A stretch of 64,000 bases of DNA, taken from NCBI GenBank assembly GCA_005888745.1, contig VBBS01000027.1, positions 55,045 to 119,044 on the forward strand, written 5' to 3'. This document shows positions 28,932-38,539 of this stretch, one piece after another. The notes below the pieces were generated by a model. That model saw only the letters and a list, made by a program, of their open reading frames with translations. It did not search any database and had not been told where the DNA came from. The position numbers were made by a program, and so were the translations under genes. Position 1 is the stretch's first letter, and every line of letters starts with the position of its first letter. The stretch is from Candidatus Bathyarchaeota archaeon (GTDB taxonomy: Archaea; Thermoproteota; Bathyarchaeia; 40CM-2-53-6).

Positions 28932-29110
28932 GATGGTCTTTCCGTAAGCACTTCCTAGTCCATGTCATACCTCTTCCTGTTCTTCTTCCGCGGTCGCTCA
29001 CCAGATCAACGCTCGATGCTCAACATGAAAATCTCTAGCCAAAAAAAGACCCTGACAAGGACGGTTATGTCTATTAGAAACCATCAGGCCCATAACCCTG
29101 ATGTGTTTGT

Positions 29111-30148
29111 ATGCCTAAGCCGGCGGCCAAGGTTGGAGTAAACGGTTTTGGAGTCATCGGCAAGCGTGTTGCCGAGGCTGTGTCGAAGCAGAAGGACATG
29201 AAACTCATCGGCGTCTCCGACGTCGTCGCAGATTATCGCGTGAAGATGGGGCAGAAGAAGAATTTCGCGATATACAGTTCCATTCCCGAGAAACTTCCCG
29301 ATATGAAAAAGGCGGGAATAGAGGTGTCAGGGGTTCTAGAGGACCTAATCAAAAAGGTCGACGTCATGATCGACTGCACTCCAGCAGGCCTCGGCGCAAA
29401 GAACAAGGAACAATACGACAAGCTCGGCATCAAATCCGTCTTTCAGGGCGGCGAGAAACACGATCTCACGGGATCGTCATTCGTTGCCCAGTGCAACTAT
29501 GAAGAGAATCTGAACAAGAACGCCACGCGGGTCGTGAGCTGCAACACAACCGGAATCTGCAGAACCATCGGGGCGCTACAGAGCGGGTTAGGAGTGAGAA
29601 AAGCGAGAGTAGTCGTGTTTCGAAGAGGAACAGATCCGTGGGAGAGTCACAAGAATGGGCTCATCAATACTGTGGTCCCGGAAGCGCATATTCCATCTCA
29701 TCAGGGACCCGACGCACAGACCGTCTTGCCCAAGCTAGACATTACAACAATGGCCGCGAAGGGACCTTTCAACATCGGCCACCTCCACTTCGCCATGGTA
29801 CAATTGAAGAACAAACCGGAGAGAAAGGACGTTCTGAAAGTATTGAAGAACGCGCCCAGGCTGGCCCCTGTCAGGACGACTGATGGAGTTGACAGCATGA
29901 ACGCTGTAGCCGAGATGATGCGAGACATGCACAGAGCCAGGGCCGACATGTGGGAGGTCGCGTACTGGGAAGACATACTCAACGTCACTGACGGCGAGGC
30001 GAACCTCGTCTACCAGGTCCATAACGAGAGCGTAGTGGTTCCAGAGAACGTTGACGCCATAAGGGCACTCACGGGCTTGGAAAGTGAAGGACGGAGGTCT
30101 ATTGCGAAGACTGACGAGGCTCTCGGAATCACAAACAAGTTCCTCTAA
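29111..30148 (+). CDS. gap: glyceraldehyde-3-phosphate dehydrogenase, archaeal type II
   Basis: VNGFGVIGKRV Rossmann motif, catalytic SCNTTG, HQGPD. Confidence 0.9.
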   Translation: MPKPAAKVGVNGFGVIGKRVAEAVSKQKDMKLIGVSDVVADYRVKMGQKKNFAIYSSIPEKLPDMKKAGIEVSGVLEDLIKKVDVMIDCTPAGLGAKNKEQYDKLGIKSVFQGGEKHDLTGSSFVAQCNYEENLNKNATRVVSCNTTGICRTIGALQSGLGVRKARVVVFRRGTDPWESHKNGLINTVVPEAHIPSHQGPDAQTVLPKLDITTMAAKGPFNIGHLHFAMVQLKNKPERKDVLKVLKNAPRLAPVRTTDGVDSMNAVAEMMRDMHRARADMWEVAYWEDILNVTDGEANLVYQVHNESVVVPENVDAIRALTGLESEGRRSIAKTDEALGITNKFL

Positions 30149-30174
30149 GATAGACTGCACGAAAAAACTCTAGG

Positions 30175-30182
30175 TTTTTCTT
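30175..30182 (+). terminator. oligo-T tract downstream of gap
   Basis: TTTTTCTT lies 27 nt after the gap stop. Archaeal terminators are oligo-T tracts, but this call is weak. Confidence 0.3.
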
Positions 30183-31042
30183 CAGGTGACAACAAGGTCG
30201 ATGTTTGCGCTACTGTCAGGGACGCGCCCCCCGTATCCGTAAACAGAGTATCGGATCGTTGCGGGACTAATACTGGGATCGGTCGCGAAAGTAACCACCG
30301 TGTAATTCGATCCACCGGGCTTCAGAAATACGCTCGCGGGACTAATCGTTACTGTCGGAGTGAGTCCGCAGTGATTGCATGAGCTTTGCCATGTGAAATT
30401 GATCATCCCGCCGAATGTTCCAAGACTAGTGACTGTGATCGTTGAGGTGGCTGATTGCCCCTTGGGAATGGAGAGCTGGGTGGGGGAAGCTGAGAGTTTG
30501 AATGCGGGTGGGGTAGGTCGTGGTGGAGCGTACTGCCCATTTCGCCACGACACAGTGAAACCAATAGGACGGGTCGAAGAGTTGAGGACCGCAATGTAAT
30601 CATAACCCCCCCAGGAACTCAAGTAAACTGTATTTCCACTCTTTAGCGGAATGGTTTGACCAGCCAGACAGTTGACCGGACAGGTGAGCGAGAGAGTTAG
30701 GTACCCACGGGGAAGGGTAAAGATGGGAACGAGGGGGAAGTATTGAGGGTCACGACACATGAAACAAGTTAACGTGTCGAGCGGAAAAATCTTCAGAGCA
30801 TAATTTCCGGAGCAGCTGAACTCGACAGTGTGATTGCCTCCTCCCGTTGCGATTGTCGTCACGCTTAGAGTTGGACACTGGGGTTCCGCGTAACGAATTA
30901 TAGAGACCGCAGGGAAATTCTGGTTCCCTAAATAGGACTCAACCAGGATGATGATCAGCAAGGATGACTCCAGGATTAGAGCCAAGATTAGGAGAGCCAG
31001 GAACCACTTCTTCTGAAGAAGACCCTTGATGCCTGCCCGCAT
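30182..31042 (-). CDS. hypothetical exported/membrane-anchored protein
   Basis: N-terminal hydrophobic anchor, then a Thr/Ser/Cys-rich beta-like sequence. No family recognised. Confidence 0.4.
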   Translation of the reverse strand: MRAGIKGLLQKKWFLALLILALILESSLLIIILVESYLGNQNFPAVSIIRYAEPQCPTLSVTTIATGGGNHTVEFSCSGNYALKIFPLDTLTCFMCRDPQYFPLVPIFTLPRGYLTLSLTCPVNCLAGQTIPLKSGNTVYLSSWGGYDYIAVLNSSTRPIGFTVSWRNGQYAPPRPTPPAFKLSASPTQLSIPKGQSATSTITVTSLGTFGGMINFTWQSSCNHCGLTPTVTISPASVFLKPGGSNYTVVTFATDPSISPATIRYSVYGYGGRVPDSSANIDLVVT

Positions 31043-31226
31043 TTAGTACGACAACGACCTGAACCGAGCCAAGTAGAAAGGAATTGTGTCGAGACTATCT
31101 GACCAACTCGACCAACCCCCGCCACCACGAGAGCTGATCGAATATGGCCGAGTGGTTTAGAATCTCCAAACCAAATATAGCGGTTGGAAGGCTGACCTGA
31201 GTTTCTATACTCGGAGAGAATTACAA

Positions 31227-32735
31227 GTGGAGTTGCGTGAGAATGATGTTAAAGTCCTGAGAACTCTCCGGGACGCGGGCGGAATCGCTTCAGCTGAAGA
31301 TATAATCCGGAAAGCCGGCATAGTCGACGCGGCTGTTGCCCGCGCGTCACTCACACTGTCAGAACTAGGCCTAGTCAAGGAACAGACAACAAGGACCACC
31401 GAAATATTTTGTACCGAGGAAGGACATGATTATCTGGCTAATGGACTACCCGAGCGAAGGGTCGCCACGGTAGTTCACGATGCCGGGGGAAAACTCTCGG
31501 TCAGCGAAGCGGTCCAGCAAGCGGGTCTGCCACAAGACTTTGTCTCAATAGTCACAGGCTGGATTGCCCGCAAACGCTGGGGAAAGATCGAGAAAACAAG
31601 TTCAGGCAATATTCTACTGATCTCGAAAAACCCGCCCAAAGACGAAGATGAAGAGGTTCTCGAGAGAATTGGCCATGTCAGCATTCCAATAGAAGAATTG
31701 CCGAGCAACCTGAGACAAGCAGCCGATAGACTCCTCAAGAGAAACATCCTGGCCTCGAAGGAACGAGTACAGCGGAAACTACAGATCACCCCTCAAGGGT
31801 TGGACGCGATTCCGGCCCAAGCATCTGTCGATGAGATTAGCAGTCTAACAAGCGAGATGATTCTCTCTGGAGACTGGAAGAGAGTCCACCTTCGATCGTA
31901 CAATGTTTCTTCACCTGTCCCTTCGCTCAGTCCTGGAAAGTATCATCCTTACTTGCGATTCTTGCGGAGGGTCAAACGGAAGCTTGTTGCGCTCGGGTTC
32001 AGAGAGGCTGTCGGACCCCTGGTCGAAACCGCCTTCATCAACGACGACTGCCTCTACATGCCGCAAGATCATCCAGCGAGAGAAATCCACGATCTCTACT
32101 ACCTGAAACACCCGTCCAAAGCGAGCCTGGAATCATGGAAGGAAATCGTGGAGAAGGTAGCGCAGACCCACGAGAACGGCTGGAAGACAGGGTCCACCGG
32201 ATGGGGCTACAAGTACTCGAGAGAAGAAGCCTCCAAACTAGTCCTTCGGAGCCACGGCACCGCTCTAAGTGTCCGGTCAATGATTTCCAAGGACCTTCAG
32301 ATTCCAGGCAAATACTTTGCTATCGCGAGGTGCTTCCGGCCCGAACTCCTCGACAGAACTCACTTGACAGAATTCAACCAGGCGGAAGGGATCGTTCTCG
32401 ATCCCAGCCTCAACCTACGCAATCTCCTCGGGGTCTTGGAGATGTTCGCTCGCGAGGTCGCGGGGGCCGACAGGGTCCGTTTCAAACCCGACTACTTTCC
32501 ATTTACAGAACCCAGTGTCGAGTTGCAAGCCTACAAGGAAGGATACGGATGGATGGAGTTCGGCGGCAGCGGAATATTTAGACCCGAAGTCACAGAACCC
32601 CTCGGCATCAAAGTACCCGTGATCGCGTGGGGGCTCGGAATAGACAGGCTGTTCATGATGAACCAGCAGATCCAGGATATCAGACAGCTCTTCACAACTG
32701 ACCTCGAATGGATAAGGCAACAGAAGGTCGGCTAG
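31227..32735 (+). CDS. pheS: phenylalanine--tRNA ligase alpha subunit
   Basis: Class II motifs (FRPE..D.THLTEFNQAEG, GSGIFRPEV) and the long N-terminal winged-helix extension typical of archaeal/eukaryal PheRS alpha. Confidence 0.9.
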   Translation: MELRENDVKVLRTLRDAGGIASAEDIIRKAGIVDAAVARASLTLSELGLVKEQTTRTTEIFCTEEGHDYLANGLPERRVATVVHDAGGKLSVSEAVQQAGLPQDFVSIVTGWIARKRWGKIEKTSSGNILLISKNPPKDEDEEVLERIGHVSIPIEELPSNLRQAADRLLKRNILASKERVQRKLQITPQGLDAIPAQASVDEISSLTSEMILSGDWKRVHLRSYNVSSPVPSLSPGKYHPYLRFLRRVKRKLVALGFREAVGPLVETAFINDDCLYMPQDHPAREIHDLYYLKHPSKASLESWKEIVEKVAQTHENGWKTGSTGWGYKYSREEASKLVLRSHGTALSVRSMISKDLQIPGKYFAIARCFRPELLDRTHLTEFNQAEGIVLDPSLNLRNLLGVLEMFAREVAGADRVRFKPDYFPFTEPSVELQAYKEGYGWMEFGGSGIFRPEVTEPLGIKVPVIAWGLGIDRLFMMNQQIQDIRQLFTTDLEWIRQQKVG

Positions 32736-32736
32736 A

Positions 32737-34422
32737 ACGCCCTCAGTCCAATTCTCTCTGGCGGATCTGGAAGATCTCCTTGGACAGAAGGTTCCCCGAG
32801 ACGAAGACGGGCTCAACCAGCTCCTCGCCTACGTCAAGGGCGACGTGGAATCCCTCGACGAACAGAATGACAGCGTCAGCATCGAGGTCAAAGACAGCAA
32901 CCATCCCGACATCTGGTCGGTAGAGGGAATCGCACGCGCTCTCCGCACTCATCTCGGTCTTACCAAGCCCAAGGCTCCAATCCTTACCGGAAAATCCGGT
33001 CTGAGAGTCACAATAGATCGTAGACTAGGTGCAGTCCGGCCTTTCATCGCAACCTCCATCGTGAGAAACGTCAAGCCAAGCGAGGACGCCCTGAAGAGCT
33101 GGATAAGCCTACAAGAAAAAATGGACCTCACGTACGGTAGAAAGAGAAAACGTGCCTCAATCGGGTTCTACCAAGCCGACCTGATCAAGTCACCTCTTCG
33201 CTACACTGTTGGCAATCCTGAAGACACAGGGTTCGTCCCCCTAGGCTCAACAGAGAAGATGTCTCTCCGAGAGATTGTAGAGAAGCATCCTAAGGGAATT
33301 GAGTATGGAGGAACAATCTCATCTTTCAAAGACTGGCCGCTCCTGGAGAACGGCGACGGCAAGATTCTCTCTCTTCCACCAATCATCAACTCCAACGATC
33401 TGGGCAAGATCGCCTCAGATACGAAGAACATCCTGGTAGAGGTCACAGGGACGAATATCGAAACCGTAGGCAATACGCTGAAGATAGTCGTAGCCGCTCT
33501 CGCCGAAAGAGGAGGCAAGATCTACAGCTGTACTCAAACCTACACGGACAAGTACTCCAAGCCGATAACTACGCCAGACCTGAAATCCAGCATCAAGGAA
33601 TTATCAGTCAACTATGCTAACAGACTTCTTGGATCCACGTTCAAACCAGCAGAGATGATACGATCCTTAGTGAGAGCCGGCCATCCTGCTCGACAGGTGA
33701 GTAAGGACATCTTGCGCGTGGAGAGCCTCTGCTACCGTATCGACATCATGCATCAAGTTGACCTCGTCGAGGATCTCGCGATCGCACTTGACATTAACAG
33801 GCTAGATCCTGAATGGCCGAGAATCTGGACTCTCGGGGGACTAGCGCCTGAAACAGATAGACACGAGACTCTTGCCGAAATCATGATCGGGCTAGGATAC
33901 CAGGAGCTTCTGACCTACAGTCTGACATCCCCTGAAGTCTTCGTTGACAAGATGGGCATAAAACGCGAAAAATACGCGGAGCTGATGAATCCTAAGATGT
34001 CAACCCATACCGCATTGAGAACCTGGCTTCTACCCAGCATTCTCAATTTGCTCAAGGACAATACTCATGTCGATTATCCTCAGAGAGTCTTCGAGATCGG
34101 ACCTTGCGTAGTTGTCAAAGAAAATGGCGAAGGTCAGACGGAAACTCGATACAAGATCGCTGCGGCGACAGTTCACACAGCAGCCGGCTTCACTGAGATT
34201 CGATCTTGCCTCGACACACTCCTCGCAAGCATCGGGGTCAAGTTCGAGGTCGTGCCCACGGTTCAACCGAGCTTTCTCGAGGGACGCACTGGGGAGGTGA
34301 TGTCAGGGCAAGAGCGACTAGGAGTAGTTGGAGAGTTGCACCCGAAGATAATCCGTGCTTGGAGTCTCAGCCTCCCCGTCGCAGCTTTCGAACTAGAGAT
34401 TCCACCAATGGAGGCTGGTTAG
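32737..34422 (+). CDS. pheT: phenylalanine--tRNA ligase beta subunit
   Basis: Archaeal PheT architecture. The conserved N-terminus PSVQFSLADLEDLLG is encoded upstream of the first canonical start (GTG 32845). The only start-like codon after the in-frame stop (32713-15) is ACG 32737. Confidence 0.85.
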   Translation, partial: TPSVQFSLADLEDLLGQKVPRDEDGLNQLLAYVKGDVESLDEQNDSVSIEVKDSNHPDIWSVEGIARALRTHLGLTKPKAPILTGKSGLRVTIDRRLGAVRPFIATSIVRNVKPSEDALKSWISLQEKMDLTYGRKRKRASIGFYQADLIKSPLRYTVGNPEDTGFVPLGSTEKMSLREIVEKHPKGIEYGGTISSFKDWPLLENGDGKILSLPPIINSNDLGKIASDTKNILVEVTGTNIETVGNTLKIVVAALAERGGKIYSCTQTYTDKYSKPITTPDLKSSIKELSVNYANRLLGSTFKPAEMIRSLVRAGHPARQVSKDILRVESLCYRIDIMHQVDLVEDLAIALDINRLDPEWPRIWTLGGLAPETDRHETLAEIMIGLGYQELLTYSLTSPEVFVDKMGIKREKYAELMNPKMSTHTALRTWLLPSILNLLKDNTHVDYPQRVFEIGPCVVVKENGEGQTETRYKIAAATVHTAAGFTEIRSCLDTLLASIGVKFEVVPTVQPSFLEGRTGEVMSGQERLGVVGELHPKIIRAWSLSLPVAAFELEIPPMEAG

Positions 34423-34423
34423 G

Positions 34424-35578
34424 ATGGTCGAGGAGAAGTTCGTCGTAACCCCTTGGGAGGTCAAGGGGGCGGTCGATTATGACCGACTGATCCGGGACTT
34501 CGGAACCCAACCGATAGCCGGCCTGCTGACCAAGAGGATGGAGGAGATTATGGGTGATGCTGGCTACCTCATCCGCCGGCACATCTTCTTCTCACACCGA
34601 GACCTCAACCTTGTTCTCGACGACTACTCGAAGGGCAAGGGATTATTCCTGTATACTGGTCGTGGACCTAGCGGTCCGATGCACATTGGCCACATACTCA
34701 GCTTCTACTTCACAAAGTGGCTGCAAGACAAATTTCATTCAAACGTCTACATTCAGATAACGGATGACGAAAAATTCCTTGAGGAGAAGCGGAACCTAAC
34801 CTACGAAGATACTCAACGATGGGCTGTAGATAATATTCGTGAAATTGCCGCGGTTGGCTTCGACCCTGATCGGACTTTCATTCTCCAAGACACGGAGTTC
34901 ATCGGACACGCGTATCCTCTAATTCTGAAAATAGCCCGGCGAGTCAATTTCAGCCTCGCCAAGTCAGTTTTCGGGTTTACTGGCGAGACAAACATCGGTT
35001 TCGCTTTCTACCCATCGATCCAGATTCTTCCAACCCTTCTCGAAAAAAGGCGCTGCCTCATCCCGTCGGCCATAGACCAGGACCCATACTGGAGGATACA
35101 ACGCGACATTGCCGAATCCATGGGATACTACAAGGCTGCTGCCGTTCACAGCAAGTTCCTGCCCCCGCTAACAGGGATGAAAGACAAGATGAGCTCATCA
35201 AAACCCGAGACTGCAATCTACCTCAGCGATGATGACAAGACGGTTCGGAACAAGGTATACCGGTACGCTTTTTCTGGTGGACAAGCGACCAAGGAGGAAC
35301 ATCGGAAGAAGGGTGGAGACCCCGATGTTGATGTTCCCTTCCAGTGGCTCTACATGTTCTTTGAGCCCGATGACAAGAGAATAGAGCAGATACGCGTCGA
35401 GTACAAAAGCGGCCGAATGCTTACAGGGGACCTCAAAGACATACTCATTGAAAAGGTGACAACATTTCTCAACCAGCACCGACAACGTAGAGAGAAAGCT
35501 GGCGACCTCATACATTTCTACAAGAAAGACGGGACGCTTGCACAGGAAATGTGGACTCGTGACTTCAGTAAATCGTAG
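34424..35578 (+). CDS. trpS: tryptophan--tRNA ligase (archaeal/eukaryal type)
   Basis: VTPWEVKG.VDYDRLIRDFG, the HIGH-type PMHIGH and the KMSKS-type KMSSS. Confidence 0.85.
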   Translation: MVEEKFVVTPWEVKGAVDYDRLIRDFGTQPIAGLLTKRMEEIMGDAGYLIRRHIFFSHRDLNLVLDDYSKGKGLFLYTGRGPSGPMHIGHILSFYFTKWLQDKFHSNVYIQITDDEKFLEEKRNLTYEDTQRWAVDNIREIAAVGFDPDRTFILQDTEFIGHAYPLILKIARRVNFSLAKSVFGFTGETNIGFAFYPSIQILPTLLEKRRCLIPSAIDQDPYWRIQRDIAESMGYYKAAAVHSKFLPPLTGMKDKMSSSKPETAIYLSDDDKTVRNKVYRYAFSGGQATKEEHRKKGGDPDVDVPFQWLYMFFEPDDKRIEQIRVEYKSGRMLTGDLKDILIEKVTTFLNQHRQRREKAGDLIHFYKKDGTLAQEMWTRDFSKS

Positions 35579-35583
35579 TTCAT

Positions 35584-36543
35584 ATGTCAGAGGAGTATCC
35601 TTTCAAGCATAGCAAACTTAGGAGTATGGTGGATTCAGTGTACGATTCGGAAGCCCTGAACTCTTTCCGGAAATCAGGCCAGATCATCGCAAAGCTCCGG
35701 AAGGAAATAGCCTCCATCGTCAAGCCGGGAAAACCCGCGCTGAAGATATGCGTGGAAATCGAAAGCCGGATTCGGGAGCTCGGAGGCAAGCCGGCCTTCC
35801 CCGTCAATATCGGGATCAATGAGATTGCCGCACACTACACGTCGCCGCCCGGCGACACTCTAACCATTCCCTCCGGGTCAATGGTGAAAGTTGACTTCGG
35901 GGTCCACGTGAACGGTTACGTGACGGACACGGCTGTGACCGTTTTCTATGATCCGAAATTCGAACCGATGGTGAAGGCTGCTGACGATGCATTGCAGAAC
36001 GCAATCAAAACATTCAGAGGAGGAGTCAAACTATCAGATATCGGACGAGTCATCCAGACAACGATAGGAAAGTATGGGTTCCGACCCATTAGCAATCTCA
36101 CAGGTCACAGCATCGAAAGGTACAGCATTCACGCAGGTAAATCCGTGCCAAACGTTCCAGTGCTTGCCGCAGGGAAGGCAAACGAAGGCGAAGTGTTCGC
36201 CATCGAACCTTTCGTAACCCTGCCCGACGCCGCAGGCTCCGTCACAAACATGCTGCCGGCCCAGATCTACCGCTACATAAAATCCAAAGGCGTTAAAAAC
36301 GACGAGTCCAAGAAAGTCCTCGACGACATATACGCAAGATTCTCAACCCTGCCCTTCGCACCCCGCTGGCTGGAAGACAAGTTCCCTAGAGAGACCGCTA
36401 AGCGCGCGATGCTAGACCTGACACACAACAAGTGTGTAGGCGGATATCCTGTCTTAGTGGAGGAGACTCGGAGACCCGTTGCCCAGTCAGAACATACGGT
36501 TCTGGTCGGACGGGATGACTGTACCGTACTTACAACAGACTGA
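35584..36543 (+). CDS. map: methionine aminopeptidase, type 2
   Basis: Pita-bread metal ligands (VDFGVHVNGYVTDTA, LTGHSIE, FAIEPF, SEHTV). Confidence 0.85.
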   Translation: MSEEYPFKHSKLRSMVDSVYDSEALNSFRKSGQIIAKLRKEIASIVKPGKPALKICVEIESRIRELGGKPAFPVNIGINEIAAHYTSPPGDTLTIPSGSMVKVDFGVHVNGYVTDTAVTVFYDPKFEPMVKAADDALQNAIKTFRGGVKLSDIGRVIQTTIGKYGFRPISNLTGHSIERYSIHAGKSVPNVPVLAAGKANEGEVFAIEPFVTLPDAAGSVTNMLPAQIYRYIKSKGVKNDESKKVLDDIYARFSTLPFAPRWLEDKFPRETAKRAMLDLTHNKCVGGYPVLVEETRRPVAQSEHTVLVGRDDCTVLTTD

Positions 36544-36548
36544 CAGGG

Positions 36549-36935
36549 CTACTTTTTCGGCGACCCTTCGGTGTAGATCCCGTTGATACTGAGGTCTCCA
36601 GTAGTACACTGGGTGCACTTGCCGAGCGTCTTGAAAACAAAATCTCCCAAAGCGAAGTTCTTGATCTGTTTGAAGCTGCACTGGCCGCACTTGACTACGG
36701 AAAGCACTTTTGGCGGTGTGAATGCGCCTATCCGGACTCCTCTCCTCATCCTCGTGAAAGACAGGACAACGAACGTGAAGGCGAGAACCGCGATTGTGAA
36801 ATAGAGAATCTGAATTGTCGGATCCAGATTACCGTTCAGAGCGAGACCGATAGTGTAGAGGCCGACTACCGCCATGACGGCGGCTACTATGGTTATGACT
36901 ATTGATGAGCCGCTACGTGGCTTAGGCTGCGACAC
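36549..36935 (-). CDS. hypothetical membrane protein with C-terminal zinc-ribbon
   Basis: Two hydrophobic helices, then CGQC...CTQC. Confidence 0.4.
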   Translation of the reverse strand: MSQPKPRSGSSIVITIVAAVMAVVGLYTIGLALNGNLDPTIQILYFTIAVLAFTFVVLSFTRMRRGVRIGAFTPPKVLSVVKCGQCSFKQIKNFALGDFVFKTLGKCTQCTTGDLSINGIYTEGSPKK

Positions 36936-36948
36936 CCCCGATATCCTT

Positions 36949-38061
36949 CTATTGACCGATACCGATGGTGTTGCCGATACCGGCGACTATTATAGTATCG
37001 CCCGGCTTGCTCCGTTCCAGAATGAGGCTCTTGATCCTCTCGATAACTTTCTCTCCAGCCTCCATTATCTCCTTCTTCATCGGCGTAATCGCTTCCTGAA
37101 TACTCTCCTTTACGATAACAGCGTAGACCGGAATCTTGTGGACTGTTGCTTCCTGTTCGATCTTGAACCGTTCCGTGCCGACGCCGCCGATAGCCGCCCC
37201 AATTCCTTCGCTGATCTCGCCTGAAGTCTCGCCCTCGAACTTCACCGCCGCATCCACCATGACCACCATCGAAACCTTACCAACATTTTCTTCGATGATC
37301 GTCTTGATGGCGTCCCCCGGTTTCCCAACGTTTCCGCCAGGACCCTCCGCCTTCAAAGCGATCACTCTACGGTCCTCCATCATCGTCTCCGCAACAACAA
37401 CGTCCTTCTCGACCTTCCGCTTCTCCTTGTCCTTCATCAGCCTCGAAGCAACAAGTGGTCCGATTCCATCCCCGATAGGCTGGCCCTCAGCGAACGCCTT
37501 CGCGGCGCCCAAGTAGGCCTCAGCCTCTTGGATAATCAGTGGAAGCAACGCTTGAAGCTGGATAATGATGAAGATACTGTTAGTCTTCTTCCCCATCAAG
37601 TAGAAGTGTCGGATAATCCTGTAGATCGTGTTAAGAGCCCAAGAGGCCTCCACCAAGTTCTCCAGGTTCATAACCTGAGAAGAGTCCGCGCCGGGCGCGA
37701 TCCTTCGAACATCCTCCTTGAACTTCGCATCTCGAACATCCAGCAAATGATCGATCTTGCCGACGATTCCAGCTGGGTCCATATCGACCGGCGAGATTAG
37801 GAATTGCTCCATCAACACATTGATTTGTGGACCGGGATCAGTTGAAGGTTTTCCGATTTCCTTGACGGTCTTGAGCGTTAGATCCTTCGCTGAGTTTCGG
37901 AACATGTCCAGTCTCCGCAATCCCTTGTCGATCTCCCAAAGGAACTGGCGCATCTGCAGCTTCTGACCAAACCCGAAGAACAGTGCGATGAAGAGAACAG
38001 TAAAGAGTAATTGACTGATGGTGCCCAGATTTCCCAGGATCGCATCGAAAGGTGTAGCCAA
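36949..38061 (-). CDS. archaeal membrane-associated protein, DUF1512-like
   Basis: N-terminal TM helix, then a conserved-looking soluble domain. The assignment is from overall resemblance only. Confidence 0.45.
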   Translation of the reverse strand: MATPFDAILGNLGTISQLLFTVLFIALFFGFGQKLQMRQFLWEIDKGLRRLDMFRNSAKDLTLKTVKEIGKPSTDPGPQINVLMEQFLISPVDMDPAGIVGKIDHLLDVRDAKFKEDVRRIAPGADSSQVMNLENLVEASWALNTIYRIIRHFYLMGKKTNSIFIIIQLQALLPLIIQEAEAYLGAAKAFAEGQPIGDGIGPLVASRLMKDKEKRKVEKDVVVAETMMEDRRVIALKAEGPGGNVGKPGDAIKTIIEENVGKVSMVVMVDAAVKFEGETSGEISEGIGAAIGGVGTERFKIEQEATVHKIPVYAVIVKESIQEAITPMKKEIMEAGEKVIERIKSLILERSKPGDTIIVAGIGNTIGIGQ

Positions 38062-38236
38062 TTAGCCAGGGCTCCGAAATCTAACCGATTATTCCCGTCT
38101 GAATGTTATAAACGTTGATCCCTAAGACTAGCCCAAAGTAATCCGAAAGATATCCGACAGGAAAACCGTTACTTCTTGTTGAAACAGAAAATGAGGTTGG
38201 CAGCGGTCTAAGCTTCGCGTGGGCTTTCGCACCACA

Positions 38237-38503
38237 CTACCACATAGATCGCCTGGGAGATTCACTTCCGTGCTTCCGGTACGAGTCAAGCATCGCCCTA
38301 AGTGTTCCTGCCTTGCCAACATCACTGAATCCGATCCTATCACAGAATCGGAGCAAGTTGTCCCTGCCAAGGATGGCTAACTTCCAACTTGTAATCGTGC
38401 TCCTTCGAACGCCAGCCTTGGTGTCCAAGTACAACTTGGAGTCGATGCCCATTTCGGTGAGCATCCCGCCGATGTTTTCTAGGAGCATACTATTTGTGTC
38501 CAT
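38237..38503 (-). CDS. small ORF resembling the C-terminal half of a LAGLIDADG homing endonuclease (possible remnant)
   Basis: L..MGIDSKLY......R.STITSWKLAILGRDNLLRFCDRIGF...K resembles the second-half scaffold of these enzymes. No intact LAGLIDADG motif is present. Confidence 0.25.
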   Translation of the reverse strand: MDTNSMLLENIGGMLTEMGIDSKLYLDTKAGVRRSTITSWKLAILGRDNLLRFCDRIGFSDVGKAGTLRAMLDSYRKHGSESPRRSMW

Positions 38504-38539
38504 GATGCTTTTCTCGTTCTTTCGGAATGGGTACGGGTC

